Numbered from the stretch's first letter, positions 1 to 12,725 are shown. The stretch: 64,000 nt of DNA from Somniosus microcephalus (GCA_052327205.1 CM126207.1:189906001-189970000), one strand, 5' to 3'. Translations and numbers: made by a program. Notes: generated by a model from the sequence alone, not told the origin.

Positions 1-2080
1 GCAATGGCAAACATTCAAAGTTCGCATGGATGAATGACAGAATTTGTTCATCCCTGTTTGGCATAAAAATAAATCACAAAAGGTGACTCAACTGTGGCTA
101 ACAAGGGAAATTAGGGATAGCATAAGATCCAAGGAGAAGACATATAAATTGGCCAGAAAAAGCAGTAAACCTGCGGAATGGGAGCAGTTTAGGATTCAGC
201 AAAGGAGGACAAAGGGATTAATTAAGAGGGGGAAAATAGAGTATGAGAGTAAGCTTTCAGGGAACATAAAAACTGACTGTAAAAGCTTTTATAGATTTGT
301 GAAGAGAAAAAGATTCGTGAAGTCAAGCGTAGGTCCCTTGCAGTCAGAATTAGGGGAATTTATAATGGGGAACAAAGAAATGGAAGACCAATTAAATACA
401 TACTTTGGTTCTGTCTTCACAAAGGAGGACACAAATAACCCCCCAGAGATGTCGGGGAACATAGGGTCTAATGAGAGGGAGGAACTGAAAGAAATCAGTA
501 TTTGTAGGGAAATTGACGGGATTGAAGGCCGATAAATCCCCAGGGCCTGATAATCTCCATCCTAGGGTACTTAAGGAAGTGGCCCTAGAAATAGTAGATG
601 CATTGCTGGTCATCTTCCAAAATTCTATAGCCTCTGGAACAGTTCCCATGGATTGGAGGGTAGCTAATGTTACCCCACTATTCAAAAAAGGTGGTAGAGA
701 GAAAACGGGGAATTATAGACCGGTAAGCTTGACATCGGTAGTGGGGAAAATGCTAGAATCCATTATAAAAGATGTAATAGCAGAGCACTTGGAAAACAAT
801 GACAGGATTGGACAAAGTCAACATGGATTTACAAAAGGTAAATCGTGCTTGACTAATCTACTGGAATTTTTTGAGGATGTAACTGATAGAATAGATAAGG
901 GAGAACCAGTGGATGTGGTGTATTTGGACTTTCAGAAGGCTTTCGATAAGGTCCCGCATAAGAGATTAGCTTGTAAAGTTAAGGCACATGGGATTGGGGG
1001 CAAGGTACTGACTTGGATAAAGAACTGGTTGGCAGATAGGAAGCAAAGAGTTAGCATAAACGGCTCTTTTTCCGAGTGGCAGGCAGTGACTAGTGGGGTA
1101 CCGCAGGGATCGGTCCTTGGACCCCAGCTATTCACAATATATATAGATGATCTAGACGAGGGAACTAGATGTAATAGCTCCAAGTTTGCAGACGACACAT
1201 AGCTGGGTGGGCGTGTGTGCTGTGAGGAGGATGCCGAGAAACTCCAGTATGATTTGGACAGGTTGGGTGATTGGGCAGAAGCATGGCAGATGCAGTATAA
1301 TGTGGATAAATGCGAGGTTATCCACTTTGGTGGCAAAAACAGGAAAGCAGATTATTATCTGAACGGCAATAGAGTGGGAGAAGGGGAAGTGCAACGAGAC
1401 CTGGGTGTCCTTGTGCACCAGTCACTGAAGGTAAGCATGCAGGTGCAGCAGGTGGTTAAGAAGGCAAATGGTATGTTGGCCTTCGTAGCGAGAGGGTTAG
1501 AGTACAGGAACAAGGATGTCTTGCTGCAGTTGTACAAAGCCTTGGTGAGACCACACCTTGAGTATTGTGTGCAGTTTGGTCGCCTTATCTGAGGAAGGAT
1601 GTTCTTGCCATGGAGGGAGTGCAGCAAAGATTCACCAGACTAATTCCTGGGATGGCAGGAATGACGTATGAGGAGAGATTGGGTCGATTGGGCTTATGCG
1701 CGTTTTGTTTAGAAGAACGCGAGGGGATCTCATTGAAACTTATAAAATTCTAACAGGACTGGACGGGATGACTGGATGCAGGAAGGATGTTCCCGATGAC
1801 CGGGGAGTCCAGAATCAGGGGTTGCAGAGATGAGGAGGAATTTCTTCACCCAGAGAGTGGTGAACCTGTGGAATTCTCTACCATAGAAGGCAGTGGAGGC
1901 CAATTCATTAAATATATTCAAGAAAGAGTTGGATATATTTCTTGAGGCTAAAGGGATCAAGGGATATGGGGAGAAGGCAGGGACAGGGTACTGAATTTGG
2001 ATGATCAGCCATGATCTCATTGAATGGCGGAGCAGGCTCGAGGGGCCGAATGGCCTACTCCTCCTATCTTCTATGTTTCT
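1..2080 (+). mobile_element. CR1-clade LINE, 3' portion (ORF2 RT domain and 3' UTR), young family, runs off the window's left edge, frameshifts and stops present
   Basis: ORFs 44-535, 513-1202 and 1215-1592 give [47 protein letters not shown] and LVRPHLEYCVQFW. It ends in the CR1-type tail ggccgaatggcctactcct...ttctatgtttct. Confidence 0.96.
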
Positions 2081-2226
2081 GAATGGTATTGCCAGTAATT
2101 CGTGTAACTTATCTTCTGTGTTTGTACCCACCGAGCTATTGTTCCAAACTCCACCTAGTTAAGTATGGGCAATCTTATTTGGATCTGATTGCTGTTCCCT
2201 CATAGTGCGTGTGTGTTTTTATATAG

Positions 2227-2398
2227 ACACCATCATTCGGGCTGTGCTTATCTTTGCTGAGGGTATATTTGACGGAGAGTCTCACGTGGTTCATCCCAGC
2301 GTGCACAATCTCTCGGGACAAATCCGAATTCCCATCATTCCACCCAAAGATGTCCCAGTGGATCTGCACATCAAGGCTTTTGTGGGCTACAGAAACAG
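2227..2398 (+). CDS. BBS2: Bardet-Biedl syndrome 2 protein, internal exon (equivalent to human exon 11), 172 bp
   Basis: ttttttatatag|ACACC...AACAG|gtgagc. Encodes (D)[56 protein letters not shown](S), recognisable BBS2. Confidence 0.96.
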
Positions 2399-2849
2399 GT
2401 GAGCAGTGGGAGGGGAAACTGGATGAGCCCTCCATAGACTGGGTGATGTGTAGCTTACAGATGTCTTTATTTGATTACAGCTTATTGAACCGAACTCCAG
2501 AGTGGTACAAACAGATACATCTTGTTGACAATGTCTCTAGATTGCAGAGTTATGCTGAAGATGTGAAATATACAGTGCAATGGGGTGGCACAGCGAGCCT
2601 GCCCAGTGCACTGAGCATGGAGTCTTGGTTGTTCCTGTGTATTGTGTGTTTGGAGGCAAGCATTTTGTATCTGATCCATTGTAAAGTGTCATGATGAATA
2701 TTCATTGTCTCCAGCCTATTCGCAAGAGAAATGAGAGGTATGACGCAGCTACATAACCGCCCCATGTTGGAGGGGGGCTGGGGAAATGTCTTATTGTGGT
2801 AAGGTTGCCTCACTCTTGTAACTGGAGAGCTGATACTTACTGAGGCAGT

Positions 2850-3420
2850 GTGTCAGTTTGGCTCACTTCCACCTGAGTCAGAAGGTTGTAGTTTCCAAGC
2901 TCTACTTTAGGATTTGAGCACATAATCCACACTGATGTTCCTGTACATACTGAGGAAGTTCATCATTGTTGGAGGTTCTGTCTTTTGGACGAGACATTAA
3001 ACCAAGGTCCTGTCTACCTGTTCGGGTGCACATTCAAGAGTCCATGGAATTGTTCGAAGATGAGCAGGGAAATATCCTCATCAATATTCCTCAATTAACC
3101 AACTACATCAAAAACAAATTAACTCTTCATTTCTATGTTCTATTAAAAGGGAGGTTGATACTTGCTTGGAAGTAAGGTTATTAAGGGACATGAGGAAAGG
3201 GTAGTGAATTGGGATTAAAAAGATGGAGCTGCTATGACTAACAAAATGACAGGCTCAATGGGTTGAATGGTCTACTCCTGATCCTATGTTCATATTCATC
3301 TTGTGCTTGATATTGTGTGCAAAATGGCAGTAGTGCTCGACAGTCGATGCTCATCAAAGTAGTTCATTGTATGTGAACATTGTATGTTGCTGAGACGTGT
3401 GATAAGGCGCTTGCTTTCTC
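2850..3420 (+). mobile_element. Degenerate Deu-domain (SacSINE1-like) SINE split by a short CR1 3' tail fragment (about 3140-3290)
   Basis: gagtcagaaggttgtagtttccaag...gagacattaaaccaaggtcctgtctacc resembles the copies at 13550 and 29678. The insert ends aatggtctactcctgatcctatgtt. Confidence 0.7.
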
Positions 3421-3663
3421 TCTATGTTGGGCTGAAATCATGTATATAGCACTGTTGTGTGTTATTAAATCCCTACCCCGGCACTGCAGCTCAGTGCAAT
3501 ACTGCCTCACCCAATGCATGACAATCGGTAGTGTTCAAATGATAAACTTCCTCATCACTTGTGTAAAGGTATAGAGCACAGGACAGTAGTCAGTATACTG
3601 AGAGAGCCCGATCGGGATACTGAGAGGAGCAGCTCAGAGACCAAAGTCAACATACTAACATCT

Positions 3664-6660
3664 CATAGAATCATAAAAATATACAGCACAGAAGGAGGCC
3701 ATTTGGCCCATCTTGTCTGCGCCGGCTGACAAAGAGCTATCCACCCTAATCCCACTTTCCAGCACTTGGTCCGTAGCCTTGTAGGTTACGGCACTTCAAG
3801 TGAATATCCAAGTACTTTTTTAATGTGATGAGGGTTTCTGCCTCTACCATCCTTTGAGGCAGTGAGTTCCAGACCCCCACCACACTGGGTGAAAAAATTT
3901 CTCCTCAACTCCCCTCTCAACCTCCGACCAATTACTTTAAATCTATGCCCCTTGGTTATTGACCTCTCTGCTAAGGGAAATGGGTCCTTCCTATTCACTC
4001 TTTCTAGGCCCCTCATAATTTTATACACCTCAATTAGGTGTCCCCCTCAGCCGCCTCTGTTCCAAAGCTAAAATTTCCCAGCCCAGGCAACATCCTCGTA
4101 AATCTTCTCTGCACCCCTTCTAGTGCAATCACATCCTTCCTTTTAATGTGGTGACTAGAACTGCACGCAGTATTTTAGCTGAGGTCTAACTAGTGTTTTA
4201 TGCAGTTCAAGCATAACCTCCCTGCTCTTATATTCTATGCCTCGTCTAATAAAGGCAAGTATCCCGTATGCCTTCTTAATCACCTTATCTACCTGTCCTG
4301 CTACCTTCAGGGATGTGTGGACATGCATTCCAAAGGTCCCTCTGATCTTCTGTACTTTTCAGTGCCCTACCATTTATAGTGTATACCCTTGCCTTGTTAG
4401 CCCTCCCCAAATGCATTACCTCACACTTCTCCAGATTGAATTCCATTTGCCACTGTTCTGCCCACCTGACTAGTCCATTGATATCTTCCTGCAGTCTGCA
4501 GCCACTGCCTTCATTATCAACCACACGGCCAATTTTTGTATCATCTGCAAACTTCTTAATCATACTTCCTACATTCAAGTCCAAATCATTGATATATACC
4601 ACAAAAAGCAGAGGGCCCAGTACTGAGCCCTGCGGAACCCTACTGGAAACAGCCTTCCAGTCACAAACACCTTTCGACCATTACACTTTGTTTCTTGCCT
4701 TGGATCCAAATTTGGATCCAACTTGTCACTTTGCCTTGGATCCCATGGGCTTTTACTTTTGTGACCAGTCTGCCATGCGGGACCTTATCAAAAGCCTTGC
4801 TAAAATCCATATAGACTGCATCAAATGCACTCCCCTCATCGACCCGCCTTGTTGCCTCCTCAAAAAATTCAATCAAGTTAGTCAGACACGACCTTCCCAT
4901 GACAAATCCATGCTGACTGTTCCTGATTAATCTGTGTCTTTCTAAATGAAGATTTATCCTGTCCCTCATTTTTCCAATAATTTTCCCACCACTGAGGTTA
5001 GGTTGACTGGCTTATAATTACTCGGTCTATCCCTTTCTCCCTTTTTAAACAATGGGACCACTTTAGCAGTTCTCTGGCACCACACCTGTAGCCAGAGAGG
5101 ATTGGAGAATGATGGTCAGAGCCTGTGCTATTCCCTCTCTTCTCTTAACAGTCTGGGAGACATTTCATCTGGGCCTGGAGATTTATCCACTTTTAAAGAT
5201 GCTAAACCCCTTAATACTTTCTCTTTCACTGTTTATTTCATTTAATATTTCACACTCCTCCTCCCTGATTGCAATGTCTGCATCGTCCCTCTCTCTTTTA
5301 TGAAAACAGATGTAAAGTATTCATTAAGAACCATACCCATGTCTTCCGCCTCCACACACAGGTTACCTTTATGGTCCCTAATAGGTCATACTCTTACTTT
5401 AGTTATCCTCTTGCTCTTAATGTATTTATAAAACATTTTTGGGTTTTCCTTGATTTTACTTGCCAATATTTTTTCATGACCTGTCTTTGCTTTCCTAATT
5501 AATTTCACCCCTGCACTTTCTATACTCCTCTAGACTTTCTGCAGTATTGAGTCCTCGGTATCTGTCATAAGCTTCCCTTTTTTTCTTTATCCTACCCTGT
5601 ATGCCCCTTGACATCCAGGGAGCTCTAGATTTGTTGGTCCCACCCTTTTTCATTAAGGGAACATACTTACTCTGAACCCTCACTATCTCCTCCTTGAATG
5701 CCTCCCACTGCTCTGACACTGATTTACCTTCAAGTTTCTGTCTCCAGCCCACTTTGGCTAAATCACCTCTCAGCTTAGTAAAATTAGCTTTTCCCCAATT
5801 GAGAACTTTTATTCCTGGTTTGTCCTTGTCCTTTTCCATAACTACCCTAAATCTAACTGAATTATGATCTCTACCACCAATATGCTCTCCCACTGATACC
5901 CTTCCCAGCTTCATTCCCTAAAACTAGGTCCAGAACCGCCCCCTCTCTTGTTGGACTTGCTACGTACTGGCTAAAAAAGTTCTCCTGAATGCAGGTAATA
6001 GTAGGGAAGTTGAAATCCCCTACTATTATTGCCCTATTTTTACACCTCTCAGAAATTTGCCTACGTATTTGTTCTTCTATCTCTCTCTGACTGTTCGGAG
6101 GTCTGTAGTACACTCCCAGCAGTGTGATTGCCCCTTTTTTGTTTTTCAGTTCAACCCATATGGCCTAAGTTGATGATCCTTCTAAGATATCTTCCCTCCT
6201 CATAGCTGTAATTGATTCTTTAATCAATATTGCGACCCCCCCCTCCTTTTTTTTATCCCCCTCTCTATCTCATCTGAAAACCCTGTAACCAGGAATGTTG
6301 AGCTGCCATTCCTTCCCTTCTTTCAGCCATGTCTCAGTAACAGCTATAATTATCATACTCCCACGTGTTTATCTGTGCCCTCAGCTCATCTGCTTTATTC
6401 CCTAGACTCCTTGCATTGAAGTATATACCATTTAGCACTGCCAAACTCCCTTGTTTATTTTCTAGCCTTTGTTTCCTCTGCCTTCCAAACTCGCTTACTA
6501 ATTTTCTGCCTTCCATTTCCAGCTTTCCTTCTCTCCCTTCTGAATCCACTCTCGGGTTCCCATCCCCCTGCCAAGCTAGTTTAAACCTTCCCCAACAGCA
6601 CTAGCAAACCCCGCTGCGAGGATATTGGTCCTGGTCCTGTTGAGGTGCAACCCGTCCACA
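3664..6660 (-). mobile_element. CR1 LINE, about 3 kb, decayed ORF2 (APE endonuclease and RT) plus the end of ORF1
   Basis: Minus-strand ORFs give YFNARSLGNK, YYRPPNS, IVGDFNFP, LDLVLGN, DHNSVRF (APE) and [22 protein letters not shown] (RT). Around 6580-6657 reads DGLHLNRTRTNILAAGFASAV, an SGNH-esterase-type ORF1 C-terminus. Confidence 0.93.
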
Positions 6661-6799
6661 CTTATGAATTTCTGTATAATTCAGGAGATTATATGAGTAA
6701 ATATTGCTGTAAACCTATCTTGTTGTAGGGGAGGGGTACAAAAAATATGGAGTTGTGTTCAGTGAAAGTGGACGCCGATATTGTAATATTTTTACTCAG

Positions 6800-6929
6800 C
6801 ATGCAGTTCCACGTGTTCGAGCTGACAAGGCAGCTGCCTCGATTCTCAATGTACGCCTTACGCACTCCAGGGACTGCTTCTGAACCTCCGAGTTACGTCA
6901 CCTTCACAGTCAGTGATCGTGTGCAGAGG
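6800..6929 (+). CDS. BBS2: BBS2 exon (human exon 12 equivalent), 130 bp
   Basis: tttttactcag|CATGCAG...CAGAGG|gtgagt. Encodes [43 protein letters not shown]; the phase-2 junction fits the previous exon. Confidence 0.96.
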
Positions 6930-7489
6930 GTGAGTCAGAGTGCTGCTGGATCACCGTGTGTATCATGGTTACTTTTTAGTTTTTGATTTAGAAACCAAGG
7001 TGAAGGGCAAGAGTCCATAGTGCAGGACATCACTAGTGTTGAGTGGGGGTGGGTGAGGGAACGAGAGTAATAAGTGTGGACGCGATCTGCCCCACACCAC
7101 TGAAACATCCTAATGAGACTTGGGGAGGAATTTTAAATTCGGCGGGACCTCGATGTTGCCCACAGTTCCGAGTTTCCAGGCCGCTACAACCTCCCTCCCC
7201 GCCTCCCTGTAAATATCAGGGCATTGGTGTCTGTGGGGGTGGGGGGTAACCAGTGGTTATAATCCAGGTTATCTGAGATGATCCAGCAACAAATTAGACG
7301 TCCCTAACCACTTGTGGGGTTTTTGCGGGGGGGGTTTGCTCCACATTTCCAAAGGTCCAAATACTTAGCCTGCTTAATTACATGGTATTGTTGGTAGTTA
7401 AAAATACATCATTGAACAACATGGACATTGCTGTTTTAGGTACTGTTTAGCAGAGACACAAAGTTGAACACCATCTATGAAATAAACTC

Positions 7490-7932
7490 ATTTAGAACAT
7501 CCTCCTCTATAATGCTTCAGTAACTATAACCGCCTCAATGAGACACACCCCCTCACTATAACCACTGTGCCTTCATCATAAGCCTTGGTGATATGTGGCC
7601 CAGCATATTACAGTATCTGAGGCACACCTTTCACTATAACCAATGCACACCTCTCCAGAACATTCTCCTCGATAATACTTCACTCATTATAACCAGCTCT
7701 CAGATGCGGCCCTTACTATAACAGCCTCTGAGTCACACCCCTCACTATAGCGGGCTCCCTGTAACACACCGCTCCCTGTAATACCATCTCTGTAACATGC
7801 TGCTCCCTGTAATACCATCTCTCTAATACACCGCTCCCTGTAATACCATCTCTCTAACGCGCTGCTTCCTGTAATACCATCTCTGTAACACACCATTTCC
7901 TGTAATATTCTTTCTGTAACATATCACTCTCT
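7490..7932. repeat. Degenerate minisatellite (ctccctgtaataccatctctgtaacac-like units); resumes at about 9480-9800
   Basis: Repeated ctccctgtaata/ctgtaacac motifs occur on both sides of the CR1 at 7935-9475. Confidence 0.75.
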
Positions 7933-7934
7933 AA

Positions 7935-9475
7935 CACTCTGAATCACGATTGGATCTAGTAATGGGGAATGATCCAGAGCAGATAAAAGAAGGAAGCGTG
8001 GGGGAACTTCTAGGCAATAGCAATCCTAACATAATAAGGTTTAAAACAATAATTGAGAGAGGCTTAAGTAATACACAGACCAAAGTAATAGATTGGGGTG
8101 GGGGGGGGAAGCTAATTTTGAGGGGATGAGAATGGAACTGGGGAAGGTAATTTTGAAAAACGAGATAGAACAGCAGTGGGAAATATTTGAAACGGTGAAA
8201 ATAGAAAAGCATCTAGAAACTGAAAATATAATCGTCAGCATGGATTTCAAAAGGGGAAAGTCATGCTTGACCAACCTTATTGAATTCTTTGAAGAAGTAA
8301 CAAAGTAGACAAGGGCAATGCGGTAGATGTAATATATTTGGATTTTCAAAAGGCCTTTGATAAGGTACTGCATAGTAGACTCATGACTAAGGTCAGGGGA
8401 CAGGTAGCAGAGTGGATAGCAAGCTGGCTACAAAACAGAAAACAGAGAGTAGGGGTTAAGGATGGCAAAAAAATGGGAAGTGGTGTTCCACATGGATCGG
8501 TGCTGGGACCACTGTTATTCACAATTTATATTAATGATTTGGACGCGGGAATCAGAAGTACAATTTTAAAATTTGCAGACGACACCAAATTGGAGGTGTA
8601 CAAAGGAAGAACTCGACAAAATACAGAAAGACATGAATAAATTTGCAGAACGGGGGTGTAATTTGCAAATTAATTTCAATATAGATAAGTGTGAGGTGCT
8701 GCATTTTGGTAGGAAGAATAAGGATCCCATATAATGCTTGGATAATAAGAGTCTGAATGGGGTAGAAGAGCAAAGGAATCTCGCAGTACAGATACACAAA
8801 TCACACAAAGTAGCAATACAGGTTAATAAAGCCATAAGAAGAGCAAACCAAGCATGAGGTTTCATTTCTAGAGGGATAGAATTGAAAAGCAGATAAGTTA
8901 TGTTAAACTTGTATAGAACCTTAGTTAGACCACACTTGCAGTAGTATTGTGCACAGTTCTGGTCTCCATATTATAAACAGGATATAGAAACATTGATGGT
9001 GCAAAAAAGATTCAAAAGGATGATACCAGACTGAGAGGATATACTTATCAGGAAAGGTTGAACATGCTTGGGTTCTTTTCTCTAGAAAAGTGAAGATTGA
9101 GGGGTGATCTGATCGAGAGAGATAATGAAAGGGTTTGATAAGGTAGACCTGATAGAGAAACTGATTTCACTTGTGGGGGAGTCGAAACCTAGAGGTCATG
9201 AATATAAGATAGTTACTAATAAATCCAATAGGGAATTCAGAAGAAACTTCTTTACCCAAAGAGTGGTTAGAATGTGGAACGCGTTACCACAAGGAGCAGT
9301 TACGACAAATAGCATAGATGCATTTAAGAGGAAGCTAGATAAACACATGAGGAAGAAAGGAATAGAAAGATATATTGATAGGGTTAGATGAAGTAGGGTG
9401 GGAGGAGGCTTGTGTGGAGCATAAACGCCGGCATTGACCAGATGGGCCGAATGGCTTGTTTCTGTGCTGTAATGT
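7935..9475 (+). mobile_element. CR1 LINE, internally deleted ORF2 fragment with 3' UTR
   Basis: [49 protein letters not shown] and the tail gggccgaatggcttgtttctgtgctgtaa. Confidence 0.92.
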
Positions 9476-9997
9476 GTTGCTCACTGTAACACCCTCTTTG
9501 TAACACACCAATTCCTGTAATATCCTCTTTAGCACATCACTCATTGCAGTACCCTCTCTGTAAGACGCTGTTTTCTGTAATACCCTCTCTGTAACACATA
9601 ATTTCCTGTGATACTCTCTCTCTAACATGTTGCTCTCTATAACACTCTGTTATGTGTTGATCAATGTAATAACCTCCCTGTATTGTTCCCCTCACTGTAA
9701 CACCCCGCTTCCTATATATTTTCTCACTAACTCCTAGTCCCTGTAACATACAGTTCACTCTAATGTATTGTGATGAACTGTCACAAAACACACTCTTCAT
9801 GAATCCCTCTCTGATGGAGAATCCAACTTATCTCCAGCCTCCCTCACATTACTTCCAAAGATTGTGTTTTAAAGTTGCTTTCTATGTTATAAAATTTTAC
9901 TTTTTTCAGCTTACAATTGAGTTATTTGCATGGTTCCAGTGATAATGCTCAACCGTTCAACTGTTGCCCAGTATCACAACTAGGTGTCGATCATAAT

Positions 9998-10699
9998 GGC
10001 CCAAAATTTGCGGTCGGAGGCGGATGCCTCTGACCTGCAAAAAATCTACAAATTTACCTGGTGGTCCAGGAGGTACGGAGATTCACGCTCCTGGGCCTCT
10101 CCGGGTACCCGCGGGTAGAGGCCCAAGTATCCCAGGGGCGTACGCGATTCGCAAGCACCCCTGGGATCATGTGGGCTGGCCCAACCAATGAAAGAATGGG
10201 AATCCCCATTCATACTTATGGAGATTCCGTACGTACTGAACTCCCATAATTATGAATGGGGATCACTTAAAAAAAATACACGAACACATGAAGAAATTTT
10301 TTTAAATTACATATTTAAAATTAATTAATGCTATTTAATTAAATATTAAACAAATCTAATTTTGGTGGAAACAAATTGTTTAAACAGGACAAAAAATAAT
10401 GAACAGGGTTTTTAATGTATAAATGAGTGATAACATTTTATTTTTCGTTTTTTTAAAAACTCTTACGCTGGTAAAAGCAGGCCTGACGCCTGCTTTTACC
10501 AGGCGTAAGAATTTCAAGGGCATTCGCTGGGCCGAAGTTGGGCAGATAGCGCGACTCTCCGCCCGCGGAGGCCCTTCTCCCAGGGATGCGGAGGATCTGT
10601 CAAGAGAACGCAACTTCAGGGTTTTCGTACATGTGCTTCACATGCCTAAACCCGGAATTGCACCTCGTATGCACCCGTAGGGGTCGCAAATTATGGCCC
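9998..10699. mobile_element. MITE-like non-autonomous DNA element (family A, possibly PIF/Harbinger-like) with imperfect TIRs and internal hairpins
   Basis: Left end ggcccaaaatttgcg; right end reverse complement gggccataatttgcg. Internal stem ggtaaaagcaggc-ctgac-gcctgcttttacc. Homologous to 21043-21776 and 57849-58606. Confidence 0.8.
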
Positions 10700-10820
10700 A
10701 TTATGTAAAAGGATTATGAGGTTTTCATTCTTTAGAACAGAGAGCAGGGATGAAGCAGATGGCTCAATGATGGGAGATAAGTTTGTCTGTTACAATGATG
10801 GTAGAGGTGCTTATAGTTTG

Positions 10821-10960
10821 AGAGCTGGTTGATGATGTTTACTGAGTTCACACTTCCTCTATAGTGTGTAGAGAGCTGTCTGATTGTGGTTACTAAGTTG
10901 ACTCTTGCCCTGTGATGTGCAGAGAGCTGTCTGATTATGATTACTGAGCTCACTCCTCTG
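10821..10960 (+). repeat. Degenerate 51-bp tandem repeat abutting a BBS2 splice acceptor
   Basis: agagctg(g/t) recurs at 10821, 10872 and 10923, each followed by tgat...ttact(g/a)ag. Confidence 0.7.
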
Positions 10961-10984
10961 TCTCATTTGCTGTCCCCTTTACAG

Positions 10985-11116
10985 GTTGTGATGTGGATGA
11001 ATCAGAACTTCCTCGTACCTGAAGACATTGAGTGTCCAAGTATGCCATTGGAAGTCTGCTTCACGTCTCTGAGAGATGGTGGACAGCTGAGCATTAAAAT
11101 GAATACGAATGGAGAG
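10985..11116 (+). CDS. BBS2: BBS2 exon (human exon 13 equivalent), 132 bp
   Basis: cccctttacag|GTTGTG...GGAGAG|gtaaca. Encodes VVMWMNQNFLVPEDIECPSMPLEVCFTSLRDGGQLSIKMNTNGE. Confidence 0.95.
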
Positions 11117-11174
11117 GTAACATTGATTTGCTAAACTAACTTTAAAAAAGAAAGTGATTTTACAAACCGAATCG

Positions 11175-11750
11175 CAGACCCAAAGAAGTTTACAGGACAG
11201 AAGGAGGCCATTTGGCCCATCATGTTTGTACCGCCTTTGCTAGAGTAATCCAAACTAATTACACTGCCTTGCTGTCTCGCCATAGCTCTGTATCTTCCTC
11301 TACTTCAAATGTTTATCTATTTATCCCCTAAAAGATGCAATGGCCACTGCCTCACTTGCGCCTTGTGGCAAAGCATTCCATGCTCTAACAACTCATTGTA
11401 TAGAGAAATTTTTCTTAACCTCATTCTCTTAGTGGCAATTTTACATCGATGGCCCTCCTCATTAACTTTCCAATCAGAGGAAATAGTCTTTCCCTATTCA
11501 CTCTATTAAAACTATTCATAATTTTAAGAACCTCTATTAAATTTCCTCTTGACCTTTGCTGCATCATTTGAAAATAGTCCAAGAATCTCAAATCTCGCCT
11601 CATAATTGTATTTTCTCATCCCTGGTATCGTCTTGATGAATCTTAGCTCTTTATGGCTTTTATGTTCTTTCTATAATGAGCTGCCTAGAACTGCACACAA
11701 TACTCTACTGTGGCTTAACCATTACGTTATAAAACGACATCATTACCCTT
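11175..11750 (-). mobile_element. Old CR1 3' fragment
   Basis: gacagaaggaggccatttggccc tail signature; ORF remnant RGNLIEVLKIMNSFNRVNRERLFPL. Confidence 0.8.
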
Positions 11751-11988
11751 TTGCACTTGTACTCTATATGTTATTAGATTTTCTAATGTGCGGTGAGGAA
11801 ACCGCTGCTGAAATATTAACGATTCATTCCATTAACAACTGAACTTAGAAGTTACTCCCACAAATGTAAATCCCCAGTGATGGCGCCAGGGGTTTGGTAG
11901 AAAGTACGAACTCCCCAGGTGCTCCCAGCAGCTTACCCGTGTGTATTCATCACACACACACACTTTGTTTTACTCTGGACAACCGACA

Positions 11989-12088
11989 ACTATAGACAGG
12001 AAGGCTGAAGATTACTATAGACAGGAAGGCTGAAGATTACTATAGACAGGAAGGCTGAAGATTACTATAGACAGGAAGGCTGAAGATT
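11989..12088 (+). repeat. Perfect 25-bp tandem repeat x4 (actatagacaggaaggctgaagatt)
   Basis: Four identical adjacent copies, read directly. Confidence 0.95.
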
Positions 12089-12270
12089 TCCAAGTTTCCT
12101 ATTCAGGAAGACTTGTGTCACTGTCAAACTTAAAGCTAAGTTTTCACAGCTAAGTTTTCTTTATTTTTAATTTCAACGCTTATGTTTACCATTTTCACTG
12201 GAGTAGATTGTGTTGGAGCAGGTGATTGTTCAACACCTCGTCATCTTTTAACAACCGATGACAGTCATGA

Positions 12271-12725
12271 AGAAAGAAAGAACTTGCATTTATGTAACAC
12301 CTTTTAGAACCTCAGGATGTTCCAAAGCACTTCGCAGCCAATGAAGTACTTTTGAAGTGTTGTCACTATTGTAATGTAGGAAACGCAGCAGCAAATTTGT
12401 GCACAGCAAAGGCCCACAAACAGCAATGAGATAAATAACCAGATAGTCTGTTTTACTGATGTTAATTGAGGGATAAATATTTATAGCACAGCAGGAGAAT
12501 TCCCCTGCTCTTCTTCAAATATTGTCATGGGATCTTTTACATCCATCTGAGGACAGACAGGGCTTGGGTTTAATATCTCATCCAAAAGATGGTATCTCTG
12601 ACAGTGCAGAGCTCCCTCAGTACTGTACTGAAGTGTCAGCCGAGATTATGCGCTCAAGTCTCGAGTGGCGCTTTGAACCCATGATCTTCTTACTCAGGCA
12701 AAAGTGCTACCACCAAGCCAAGGCT
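12271..12725 (-). mobile_element. Deu-domain tRNA-derived SINE (SacSINE1-like)
   Basis: Reverse complement of the 29678-30115 copy, including the agaaagaacttgcatttat tail and the gggatcttttacatcca core. Confidence 0.85.

Noticed and set aside
1-2080. Active or domesticated reverse transcriptase gene
   Set aside because: A frameshift near 513, a stop right after FADDT and further frameshifts make it an ordinary dead CR1 copy.
2254-2694. 146-aa ORF overlapping the BBS2 exon, and similar alternative-frame ORFs (16250-16486, 28170-28388)
   Set aside because: They are off-frame or intron read-through of real exons with no recognisable homology.
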